DNA of 64,000 bases, taken from the NCBI GenBank assembly GCA_048885925.1, contig JBHLLG010000002.1, positions 32,001-96,000 of the forward strand, read 5' to 3'. The notes beneath the pieces were generated by a model. The model made no database searches. It was not told the DNA's origin and saw only the letters and a program-made list of their open reading frames with translations. Of this stretch, positions 20,536-30,066 are shown piece after piece (positions within the stretch are counted from its first letter, which is position 1; every line of letters begins with the position of its first letter). The translations under genes and the position numbers were made by a program. Source of the DNA: Candidatus Hermodarchaeota archaeon. Lineage in GTDB: Archaea > Asgardarchaeota > Lokiarchaeia > Sigyniarchaeales > SOKP01.

Positions 20536-21249
20536 ATGGAAAAAATTAACTTAACTAATATTAAAGGGATAATTTTTGATTTAGACGGTGTTATTTATGA
20601 TATTACTGAATCAATTAAGAAAGCTGTTGATGATGGAATTGAAAAATATCAGCTACACAATATTAATCGCGATGATGTTATGGAAGAAATCGCCCATTTA
20701 ATTGAAGAAATTCAGAATTATCCTGTACCTAAAATTCTTTTAAATTCTTATGAATTACTAAAAGTAAATTTCTTAGAAGGAATTAGCTTTTTCAAGAAAT
20801 TACGTATAGCAATTTTCCTATTTAATCAATTCAATAAATACAAAGAAGCAGAATCGACAATTTTTAAGGACGTTGATAAATTAATCTCAAAATTGGTTAA
20901 ACATGTAAAATTGGCAATATTAACGAACAATAAAAGTCAATATGCAGAAGAAGTCCTAGATAAATTTAATCTTACAGAATATTTTGAAACAATTATCGGT
21001 TTTAACGATGTAACAGAAGTAAAACCAAATCCTGAAGGTATTCTAAAAATCCTTGATAAGTGGAAATTGAAACCTTCAGAGGCAATTTTTATTGGAGATA
21101 TGACTACGGATATCGAAGCAGGTAAAGCTGCAAATGTTAAAATGATCTGTGTAGCAAGTGGACTTGCTCGAAAAGAGATCTTACTTAAACATCAACCAGA
21201 TATTTTGGTAGATAGTACTGACCAATTGATTAAGCTTTTCAATTTTTAA
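20536..21249 (+). CDS. HAD-superfamily hydrolase (phosphoglycolate phosphatase-like)
   Basis: IIFDLDGVIYD, ILTNN, KPNPEG, FIGDMTTDIEAG. Confidence 0.9.
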   Translation: MEKINLTNIKGIIFDLDGVIYDITESIKKAVDDGIEKYQLHNINRDDVMEEIAHLIEEIQNYPVPKILLNSYELLKVNFLEGISFFKKLRIAIFLFNQFNKYKEAESTIFKDVDKLISKLVKHVKLAILTNNKSQYAEEVLDKFNLTEYFETIIGFNDVTEVKPNPEGILKILDKWKLKPSEAIFIGDMTTDIEAGKAANVKMICVASGLARKEILLKHQPDILVDSTDQLIKLFNF

Positions 21250-21428
21250 TTTACAAATATAAAAAAAATGATGATTTCTAAAAAGATTTTAATCATTAAG
21301 TCTAAAAAATAAGTTTTTATAAAGACTGAAATTCCTTTTAGAAAATAATATTATTGATTTAGCAAGGCTTAAAAAATCTTATTTATATTATTAGGAAAAT
21401 AATAAAAACTATATTTTTTATTTAAACG

Positions 21429-21983
21429 ATGAGTGATAAAGCGTTTGGATTTAAAATAGTTGTTGTAGGAGATGCTGCTGTTGGTAAAACTTCATTAATT
21501 AAAAGATATACCACAAATACATTTCAAAAAAATTACATATCTACATTAGGTATGCAATTTTCGAGATATGAAGAATTTGTAAATGAAGAAATGGTTGAAT
21601 TATTTTTATGGGATTTGGCAGGTCAAGAATCGTTCAACACTCTACGAGATAGATTTTATAAAGGAAGTAGTGGTGCAATTATAGTTTTTTCTCTTGCTCC
21701 TGATGAAATTGAAACATATCATCATATCGATAAATGGAGAACCCATATAAAAGATGGCTGTGGGAGTATACCTATAGTATTACTTGGTAACAAAGCAGAT
21801 TTAGTTGATCAAGATGCAATAGCTACAAGCCCAAATTATGAAACTTCAGATGTTTATGTGAATAAACTTGCCCAAGATCATAATATTATGAAATATTTTA
21901 GAACAAGTGCTTTAACAGGTCAAGGTGTCAAAGAAGCGTTTCAAACATTAGTATTTAAACTATATCAAAGAGCTACCATTTGA
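21429..21983 (+). CDS. Rab-like small GTPase, tandem copy 1
   Basis: GDAAVGKTS, YISTLG, WDLAGQE, GNKADL, TSALTG. Confidence 0.92.
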   Translation: MSDKAFGFKIVVVGDAAVGKTSLIKRYTTNTFQKNYISTLGMQFSRYEEFVNEEMVELFLWDLAGQESFNTLRDRFYKGSSGAIIVFSLAPDEIETYHHIDKWRTHIKDGCGSIPIVLLGNKADLVDQDAIATSPNYETSDVYVNKLAQDHNIMKYFRTSALTGQGVKEAFQTLVFKLYQRATI

Positions 21984-22166
21984 ATTTCTTTTATATCCTG
22001 CTTTAAATAACTTTTTTGAAATATAGAGATATTATATTTCTTTTAATTTTAGATATTCGATTGGATTTATTAAAAGTTAATGATATATTGTTTTGTAAAA
22101 ATTTAAAATAATTAACTTTTACTATTTAAGAAAGGGACATTAAACTTAAATTAGTAATTCATTAAT

Positions 22167-22739
22167 ATGTGTGCCGAAGAGAAGGGCTACGGGTTCAAAA
22201 TTACAGTCATTGGAGATGGAGCGGTAGGAAAAACATCCCTAATTAAAAAATATACGCAGGGATCCTTTCGAGAAGAATATATCGCAACATTAGGCACGCA
22301 ATTTTCCAAATATGAAGAAAAAATTGATGGAGAAAAAGTTGAGTTGTTTTTATGGGATATTGCAGGACAAGATCAATTTCAAGCATTACGACAAAGGTTC
22401 TATATAGGGAGCAGTGGAGCTATCATCGTTTTTTCTCATGATCCAGCACAACTAAGATCTTATGAACATGTTCCTAAATGGCTTGATGATCTTAAAAAGC
22501 ATTGTGGAAATATACCAATAATTTTATTTGGAAATAAAATTGATTTGGTAGATGATGGAAAATTAGAATCAAATCCAAATATACCCACTTCAGATATAAA
22601 TGTTGAAACTTTTGCAAAAGAAAATAGATTTATTGGATATTATAAAACAAGTGCATTAACTGGTCAAGGAGTGACTGATGCCTTTGAAGTACTTGTTAAA
22701 AAACTATATATGATCGCTAAAATTTCAAGTTTTACTTAA
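22167..22739 (+). CDS. Rab-like small GTPase, tandem copy 2
   Basis: GDGAVGKTS, YIATLG, WDIAGQD, GNKIDL, TSALTG. Confidence 0.92.
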   Translation: MCAEEKGYGFKITVIGDGAVGKTSLIKKYTQGSFREEYIATLGTQFSKYEEKIDGEKVELFLWDIAGQDQFQALRQRFYIGSSGAIIVFSHDPAQLRSYEHVPKWLDDLKKHCGNIPIILFGNKIDLVDDGKLESNPNIPTSDINVETFAKENRFIGYYKTSALTGQGVTDAFEVLVKKLYMIAKISSFT

Positions 22740-22786
22740 ACTACATCCAAAATTTCAATTATATTAAAAAAAGAAATTTAAAAAAA

Positions 22787-25069
22787 TTACGTACGTTTAT
22801 AGATAAATCTTTCCCAACTCTTCTTACTTGGCGCTTCTAATGGCATATTTTTACGCTTGCGAATATCCATAATGATACTTTCTTCTAATTGAGGAGGAAC
22901 TTTCTCAAATCCTAAAAATTCATATCCAAAAAATGCCCGTCCCGCTGTTGAGCCCCTAATATCGTCAGCAAGTCCTATAGTTTCTGCAGCAGGAATTTGA
23001 CCTTGAATTCTTACATATTCTCCCTCAGGAATAACGTTAGTAATTCGACCTCTTCTTCTAGTTATAATACTAGAAACTGATCCTTCTGTACCCTGTGGTG
23101 ATTTCACATCTATCTTCTGTATTGGCTCAAAAAGGTGTGGATTTGCATCCAACATAGCCAAGGATACAGCAGAGAAGAACATACCAGCAATCTGCCCATA
23201 TTGCGTATGTCTGGGGTCTTCATGGATTGTCATATCAGTAAAAACGACTTTGATTCCAGCAGCAGGTTCTTTTGCTAGGATACAATTGCCAAGCCAATCC
23301 CTAAATGCAGCACTTAAATATGATCTTACACGATCAAATCTCTGTAATCCTGAGGTACCATTTACAAGAACACTTCCATGATAGAGATCAACAATTCTTC
23401 TTGCTTCTTTAGCGTCCCATCCAGCTTCTTCTCTAAGAATTTGAGCTCGATCTTTCTCATTTTGCAGATCATTCACTTTACCGGTTTCTATCAAACGTTC
23501 AGTTTTTTCATCTAAGGGTTCTATATATAATAAAACACGATTATGCGTGTTTGCTGATTTAGTATAATAATCAGGACTTTTTTGAGTAATTTTTTCCCTA
23601 TATACGATTATTGGTTCTCCAATATTAATTTGCACTTGATTATTTATACGTTTTACTAAAATTTCTATCTGTAATGGGTCGATTCCAGATAAAATAAATT
23701 CTCCTGATTCTTGATCTCTTCTATATTCTGCTGTTGGATCTGCTTTTAACCATTTACTTACAACCTCATCCAGTTTATCTATATCATGTGGATCTTTTGG
23801 TTTAATGCTTCTCGAGACAACAGCTTCACATGCATAATGGATTTTTTCAAAGGCGGGTATTCTTTTCCTTTCTTCCTTATCTTTAGGGACATCATTTGCG
23901 TTAATAAAGGTTTCTCCTGATGGAGAAATGAATCCATACAATGCAAATAAATTGCCAGCAGGAACTTTAGGAATATCTAAAATATCTGTAATTTCCATCA
24001 CTCCAAGTCTTTTCACTCGAGTTTGTGAATCACTATTAACAAGATAAAGTGTATCACTTTGATCAAAGGTACCCGAAAAAACACGACCGATAAGTGTGGC
24101 CTGATAATTTCTTTTAGGATCAAGGAAAATCTTAGTAATCATACCATAAAGAGGTCCTTTAGGGTCGCTTTTAACAAGAGCTTGACCAAGTTCCGATTTT
24201 AAGTCACCTCCCCAAATGTGGGGAATTCTATACTTTGAAGCAGTAACTGGATCTGGTAAATGATCTACAATCATTCTTAGCATAGGTTCATCTAGAGGTA
24301 GATTGTCCCTTAACCACTGAATATCACCTTCATTATATTTAGCAAAAACATCTTGGGGTTTCAAACCTTTTTCCAATAAAATCTCGTAAGTAAAACCCCA
24401 ACCATGTTTTGCTGAACCAACTGCCACAGAATTTTTCGCAAAATCAATACTCCAATCTGAGCCTTCTGGTCTAACCTTCTTGATCAGATCATTTACTTCT
24501 CTAGTGATTTTATCAATCTTAGCAAAGGTTTGTTGTGGGGTTAATTTAAGCTCACTAATAAGGCGGTCAACTTTATTAATGAAAAGAACGGGTTTGCAGT
24601 ATTCCTCACCGACAGACAATCTAATATTAGTTTCTGTTTGTGTCATAACGCCCTCAAGAGCATCCACCAATATAATAGCACCATCACTGCCTCGAAGAGC
24701 TCTTGAGACCTCTCCGGTAAAACTGATATGACCGGGGGTATCATTGAGCTGAATAATATAAGATTCATCATCTTCTGGCTTTCTAGGGTCATTAAATGCA
24801 AGAAGAACTACACTTGTGAATATAGTAATGCCCCGTTCCTGCTCCTCGTCTTTCAGTAGATCAAGTAAATCTTAATCTAAATCTGAATCTGTCATTTGGA
24901 GCTGTCCGGCATCCTCGGGTCGCATGAGACCAGCTCTGCGTAGTAAGTAATCAGTAGCTGTAGTTTTGCCATGATCAATATGAGCTGTGATTGAAAACAA
25001 CCTTTTCTTTTTATATGAACCTTCTGTAACCAATTTTGCTATAGTCTCAGGGTTCTTTACTTTAACCAT
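22787..25069 (-). CDS. fusA: Translation elongation factor 2 family protein (aEF-2 or its paralog), predicted join(25069..24881, 24850..22787), 750 aa after removal of a 30-nt intron
   Basis: Track ORFs 24872..25069 (G1 AHIDHGKTT) and 22787..24670 (G4 NKVD, domains II-V) are in one frame. Between them lie EEQERGITI and G3 DTPGH. Only a 30-nt insert containing TAA interrupts the frame. Confidence 0.93.
24851..24880 (-). other. Predicted 30-nt bulge-helix-bulge (tRNA-endonuclease-type) mRNA intron in EF-2
   Basis: Pre-mRNA UCAG-AU^U-UAGAUUAAG-AUUUA-CUUGAUCUA-CUGA-AA^G: 4-bp central helix UCAG/CUGA, 3-nt unpaired segments on opposite strands, 9-bp intron stem. Canonical cuts delete exactly 30 nt including the stop. 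Confidence 0.85.
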
Positions 25070-25134
25070 TATAAGTTCACATCGTATAAATTATAGTTAG
25101 TTATTATGTTATAATTGAAGAAAAGAATACTGGA

Positions 25135-25155
25135 AATCATAAAAGTTTTATGATT
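25135..25155. promoter_or_regulatory. 10-1-10 inverted repeat in the divergent EF-2 / histidine kinase intergenic region
   Basis: AATCATAAAA-G-TTTTATGATT, perfect arms; function inferred only. Confidence 0.4.
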
Positions 25156-25290
25156 CAAATATAAAGCCTCAGAAGTTATTATTAAACTCATTAATAAAAG
25201 AAAAGAAAGGAATTCATATTCATTTAAAATATCGTACTCTATTATAATTTTAATTAGTTAAAAAAAATAGCTAAGTTGAGGATTTAGATT

Positions 25291-26619
25291 TTGAGTGATT
25301 ATTTTACTATTAGACTTTCAATCACAGTAATGTTTATTTTTGCTGCTCTTGTTTTTACAGTGGTATGTTCTAAAAGACGTGATTTGATTTCTTGGCTTTT
25401 TGCTTATATAGCAGGTTCAATATCAGAAATTTTTAGACTAATATCTCAAGAAGATTATGATGTTCCTTATCTAATAGGTCTTGTTTTTTCTACTCTCACC
25501 TTATTGTTGATAATTTTTGCAGTATCTCGGGAATATTATCAGACGTTTTACCAATCTCTAAAAACGCAAGCACCTTCTACTGTTTTATTATTAATTATGC
25601 AACAATTTGTGTCAATCAGCTTACAAGTAATAATCGGGATCCTACTCTTTATAGCATTGTTTTTAATCTTAAGAATTTATTTGAAGAAGAAAACACCAAC
25701 ACATGCATTTTTATTTTTTATTTTAATTTGTGGCATTCTGAATTTAGTAGCTATTGCTTTAAGAGATGTGGGTATTAGTGGGGCAGAAGAATTTTACTTA
25801 TTTTCTTCGATAGTAATGGGTACAATTATGCTTTTGACTGGAATAGTTGCGCTAATTGAAGAAAGGTTAGTAAAATCTGAAAAGAAGCATCGGCTAGCAT
25901 ATAATAGAGCTGAATTTTATAAAGATTTGTTTGTTCATGATATTAATAATATTCTTCAAAATTTGCAATTTTCATTAGAAATTATTTCCCAAAACATTAA
26001 AATTTATGAGAATAAAGAAAATCTTGATGAGTTAATTAATATTGCAAAAGGTCAAGTAATTAGAGGCGCAGAATTGGGTTTAAATGTGAAAAAACTTTCT
26101 GATTTAGAGATAGGAGCAATTAAAAATGAAGCAATAGAGCTTTTTAATATATTAGAATGCGTTATAAGTGAGACTAAGAAAAAGTTTCCTGAAGAAGAAA
26201 TAGAGATTGAGATTGAAAGTATAACAAATAAGATTTTTGTTTTTGCTAATATACTTTTAAAAGATATTTTTAGAATCATATTGAATAATGCTATAAAATA
26301 TAATGAAAGTCCTGTTAAAGAAATCCTCATAAGAATTTCTAAGGAGACGCGAGATTTCGGCTCTAATATAAAATTGGAATTTATTGACAATGGTGTTGGA
26401 ATACCGGATGCTATGAAAAATGATATACTTCAGCCCGTCTATAAGAATATAAAAGATTTTAAGAGAATTGGATTAGGTTTACTTCTTGTGAATGAAGTAA
26501 TTAATAGTTTTTCTGGTAAAATTTGGGTAGAAGATAAAGTTATAGGTGATTATACAAAAGGTAGTAATATTGTTCTCTTAATCCCTGAAGCTTATGGAAT
26601 ATTAGATGTAGAAAGGTAA
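25291..26619 (+). CDS. Membrane-bound sensor histidine kinase
   Basis: Multi-TM N-terminus; H-box FVHDINNILQ, N-box ILNNAIKYN, G1 DNGVGIP, G2 IGLGL. Confidence 0.9.
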   Translation: MSDYFTIRLSITVMFIFAALVFTVVCSKRRDLISWLFAYIAGSISEIFRLISQEDYDVPYLIGLVFSTLTLLLIIFAVSREYYQTFYQSLKTQAPSTVLLLIMQQFVSISLQVIIGILLFIALFLILRIYLKKKTPTHAFLFFILICGILNLVAIALRDVGISGAEEFYLFSSIVMGTIMLLTGIVALIEERLVKSEKKHRLAYNRAEFYKDLFVHDINNILQNLQFSLEIISQNIKIYENKENLDELINIAKGQVIRGAELGLNVKKLSDLEIGAIKNEAIELFNILECVISETKKKFPEEEIEIEIESITNKIFVFANILLKDIFRIILNNAIKYNESPVKEILIRISKETRDFGSNIKLEFIDNGVGIPDAMKNDILQPVYKNIKDFKRIGLGLLLVNEVINSFSGKIWVEDKVIGDYTKGSNIVLLIPEAYGILDVER

Positions 26620-28059
26620 TATCATATTTTTTAGAACATATACTGCCTTTCTCCCGGATGATGTATGAGTTTTAAATGATATTGAAATATTTATAAATTG
26701 CAAATTATCAGCGATTCTATCTTTTATAAAATGCTTAATAAAATTCAAAAAATCAGTAAATTCTCTAGTGGTTTCTACCCAAAGGTAACCTTGTTTTTCA
26801 AAAAAATTTGGATTTTTCCTTTTAAAATTATCAACATGTTTTCTTTCTGTTAGAGGTGGTCCTTTACGAATATATGTTTGTGAGATTTGAGGGTGTTCAC
26901 AATAAATTACTAAAGAATATACATTCTTTTCATTTTCAAAATAGACTTCGAATATAATTTTACCAAAGCGTTCTATATGAGAAAATTCTTTTTCTCCATT
27001 GGTTTTAATGCTTTCTCCTAATGAATACAATTTATCTCTATTAATTGTGTAATGTATTTCCTTACTGGTAGTTTGCAATTCGACAATAAAGATATGTGAA
27101 AGGAGGGGGTCTTCCTTATAAGATAAAATTACTTCTGGAATAGGGAGAATTTTAAAAAATTCTATAGCAGGTTTTTTTAAAAATTCGCTAATTTGATAAT
27201 TACAAAATTTATAAGCTCTTTCAGAAATTGCCGAAGCAACATTACGATTTTTATCAATTGGATCAATGATAATGAGATAATCATCTTGAAAATGTAGAAT
27301 TTTCTTTAATTCTGATTCATTTCTCTGGTAAAAATCCAGAGGCTTTTTCTCTAAATTATGAAAATTTGTAAAAAGCTTTTGAATATTACCAAAATAGTAG
27401 ATCAATAGTTCAGCACTATAGCCAATAAAGCCTACTTTTCCAACTGCACTTGTATCACCATAACTGTGACAAGATTTAAAAAACTGTTTTAAAAGTCTTA
27501 CATCATCTTTTTGTTTATAGGTTAATTCATCTCTTATGAATCGTCCATGCCAAGGAGACCTATCGACTGCTGTTATTGGTCCGTTCTTTTCTATGAATTT
27601 TTTATCTAAATCAAAATATAAGACAATATCGATTTTAATTTTAATTCTATCGACAATATAATCAACTGTTACATAAGGATGTTCAGCATATAAAAGGCGA
27701 GGATTAGAAAATTCTTTTAAAGTCAATGATTTAAGAATCCAATTTTTACATAAATCCAAAAAGTCTTTTTTCGATTCTTTCTTTAACTTACTTTTACTTA
27801 AACCTTCATATTTTGACTTATATAAGTTATAATCTAAACCGATAAATAAATCGATATCAAAATCATTTTTTAACTGAGTTTTTTTAATTCCAGTTGATCC
27901 CTGTGGTTCAATTTTAGTATAGCTTATTTTTTTTTCTTTAGCCTTTTTATCTAGTAATAATTCCAATCGTGTTGTAATGTCATTGATTAGATTAATTTCT
28001 TGTGTTGTTGGTTTAATTTCCTTCAATACTTCAGTTAAAATATGGTCTATATTGGTCAT
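26602..28059 (-). CDS. cca: Archaeal class I CCA-adding enzyme
   Basis: GSTG...DFDIDLFI, YAEHPYV, ITAVDRSPWH, DVRLLKQFFK, GFIGYSAELLIYYFG, IIDPIDKNRNVASA. Likely start ATG 28059. Confidence 0.93.
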   Translation of the reverse strand: MTNIDHILTEVLKEIKPTTQEINLINDITTRLELLLDKKAKEKKISYTKIEPQGSTGIKKTQLKNDFDIDLFIGLDYNLYKSKYEGLSKSKLKKESKKDFLDLCKNWILKSLTLKEFSNPRLLYAEHPYVTVDYIVDRIKIKIDIVLYFDLDKKFIEKNGPITAVDRSPWHGRFIRDELTYKQKDDVRLLKQFFKSCHSYGDTSAVGKVGFIGYSAELLIYYFGNIQKLFTNFHNLEKKPLDFYQRNESELKKILHFQDDYLIIIDPIDKNRNVASAISERAYKFCNYQISEFLKKPAIEFFKILPIPEVILSYKEDPLLSHIFIVELQTTSKEIHYTINRDKLYSLGESIKTNGEKEFSHIERFGKIIFEVYFENEKNVYSLVIYCEHPQISQTYIRKGPPLTERKHVDNFKRKNPNFFEKQGYLWVETTREFTDFLNFIKHFIKDRIADNLQFINISISFKTHTSSGRKAVYVLKNMILPFYI

Positions 28060-28136
28060 AAATAAATAATAAAAACTTTTTTTCAAAATCTCATAAAATT
28101 TTTAATGTTTCAATGTAATAAAATAACACTTTTTGA

Positions 28137-29942
28137 TCAAAATCCCCACCAAGGATGAATTGCTTTTCGCATTAAAGTCACATACTCTCTTAAAGCTTGT
28201 TTTTGATCAGTGGTTAATTCATTAACAAACTTTCCCATTAGCTGCCTCACGTGAGATTCGGGAATACTTACATAGAAAGTTTCATCTTTTCCTATATCCC
28301 GTCCGATTTCAATTCCTCGAATTGAAATTGCGACTTCTGAATCTTTGGATGCTTTTTCTAATGTTTGACCTTTATCTTGAATTTGATGAACTCTTCTTAC
28401 TCTTTTTCCTTTATCATTTATTAAGGGTACCTTTGGAAATAAAGTCCCAGCCTCAATATGAACTCCAAATACTGCAGGATCTGAATTTCTAAATATAAAA
28501 TCTGGAAGCATTTTTACTTTTGCAGGTAAGATTAGTTCACTTAACCCTTTGGCTGTATCTTCTGCCTTTCTAGTTTCAGCGTATTCAATATAATCTTCTA
28601 ATAATCGATAAATAACATCATTAGTAAATATTCTAATATTATCAATAGTCGCTTGTTCTTTAGCTTCAGGTAATATTTCAACATTGAATCCTAAAACAGC
28701 AGCGGAATAAGGATCTAACTGTCTAACAATATATGCATTAATGATATCTTCTTTCTTTATTGGTCCTACATCAGCAACACTGATTTTTACACCACTTTTC
28801 GTAAAGTGATTTTCTAATGCTTCAAGTGAACCCAAAGTATCTGCTTTTAAAACTACTCCTGCTTTATCAGTTTTTATCCTAATACTTTCAACTTCCGATT
28901 CAATTTGATTATATACAATTTCTTCTTCAGAATGGTCTTTTATGCTTCTAAATGGAGACCCTGCAACAACATCATCAATATTTGGAGCAAGGATTTTAAT
29001 ACCTACTGCAGCACTTACCATCTCAACTGAGTCAAATCTTTGTCTAGGATCCCTGATTTCATCTAATGGTTTAGGAAGTAGTAAGGCTCTCACTTTTGAC
29101 TTAATAGGTTTTTCTAATCCTCCAACTATGAATTCATCACCTTTGTTAATAATCCCATCGTAAATAAGAACATCCATAGTTTTCCCCTGGCCCTTTTCTT
29201 TTTTGACTTCTAAAACAACACCTTTAGCTGCTCCTTCAGAAAATTTTAGATTCTTGGTTAAGTATTGTTGAACTAAGCCCATTAAAATCAATAGGAGGGT
29301 TGATATTCCTTCGCCTGTTTTACCACTTGTGGGTACAATAGCAATCTTTTTGGTAAAATCTTTAATCTTATCATACCGATCAATACCTTTAAATCCTTCT
29401 TCTAAAAAATTACCCATTATCTGTAAAACTTTTTCATCTAAGAAATCTTTAACATGAGGTTTTTGAGAATTATAAGAATCTAGAAAATCAGCATCTTTTT
29501 TTGATTTCCATCCAGAAAGTCTATCTATTTTATTAGCAGCAATGATAAAAGGTGTTTTTCTTTCTCTTAAAATTCTAACAGATTCCCATGTAATAGGCAT
29601 CGTTCCAGCAGTGACATCAATGACCAAAATAGCAATGTCGGCAACTGCTCCACCTCTTTTTCGAAGATTAAGAAAAGCAGCATGACCTGGAGTATCAATA
29701 ACTAAAATACCTGGAAGTTTAAGTTCTTTTTCAGCAAATTCTTGTTTAGATTTTCTTAAAAATTCCCTTATATCATTGGTTGGAAAATAAGATGCACCTA
29801 TATGTTGCGTGATTCCAGCAGCTTCTCTTTGTTGAACGACTGTACCTCTGATATAATCTAATATAGTTGTCTTTCCATGGTCTATATGGCCAAGAATGCA
29901 AACAATTGGAGCTCTGATTATCTTATTTTCACTTTCAGTCAT
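28137..29942 (-). CDS. infB: Translation initiation factor aIF5B (IF-2)
   Basis: RAPIVCILGHIDHGKTT, EAAGITQHIGAS, DTPGHAAF, NKID, KADTLGSLEAL. Confidence 0.96.
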   Translation of the reverse strand: MTESENKIIRAPIVCILGHIDHGKTTILDYIRGTVVQQREAAGITQHIGASYFPTNDIREFLRKSKQEFAEKELKLPGILVIDTPGHAAFLNLRKRGGAVADIAILVIDVTAGTMPITWESVRILRERKTPFIIAANKIDRLSGWKSKKDADFLDSYNSQKPHVKDFLDEKVLQIMGNFLEEGFKGIDRYDKIKDFTKKIAIVPTSGKTGEGISTLLLILMGLVQQYLTKNLKFSEGAAKGVVLEVKKEKGQGKTMDVLIYDGIINKGDEFIVGGLEKPIKSKVRALLLPKPLDEIRDPRQRFDSVEMVSAAVGIKILAPNIDDVVAGSPFRSIKDHSEEEIVYNQIESEVESIRIKTDKAGVVLKADTLGSLEALENHFTKSGVKISVADVGPIKKEDIINAYIVRQLDPYSAAVLGFNVEILPEAKEQATIDNIRIFTNDVIYRLLEDYIEYAETRKAEDTAKGLSELILPAKVKMLPDFIFRNSDPAVFGVHIEAGTLFPKVPLINDKGKRVRRVHQIQDKGQTLEKASKDSEVAISIRGIEIGRDIGKDETFYVSIPESHVRQLMGKFVNELTTDQKQALREYVTLMRKAIHPWWGF

Positions 29943-30066
29943 ATTTTATCACGAATCTCATTAATAATTTCAAAATATTTTTACTAATACTTATAATATA
30001 AAAATATTTAATATACGTTTAGAAGTTTATTCTGTAATTTTGGAAATAATGAGTGAAAAGTGATAA

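Noticed and set aside
22787-24670. 627-aa ORF as a stand-alone N-truncated EF-2, or the locus as a simple pseudogene
   Set aside because: Its TTG start is an internal Leu after G3. The rest of the gene shows no other lesion, and the one lesion has splice-motif geometry.
24872-24874. Stop-codon readthrough (Sec/Pyl) or frameshifting as the explanation for the split EF-2
   Set aside because: The stop is TAA, not TGA or TAG. Both halves are already in one frame, and readthrough would leave 10 extra residues in switch I.
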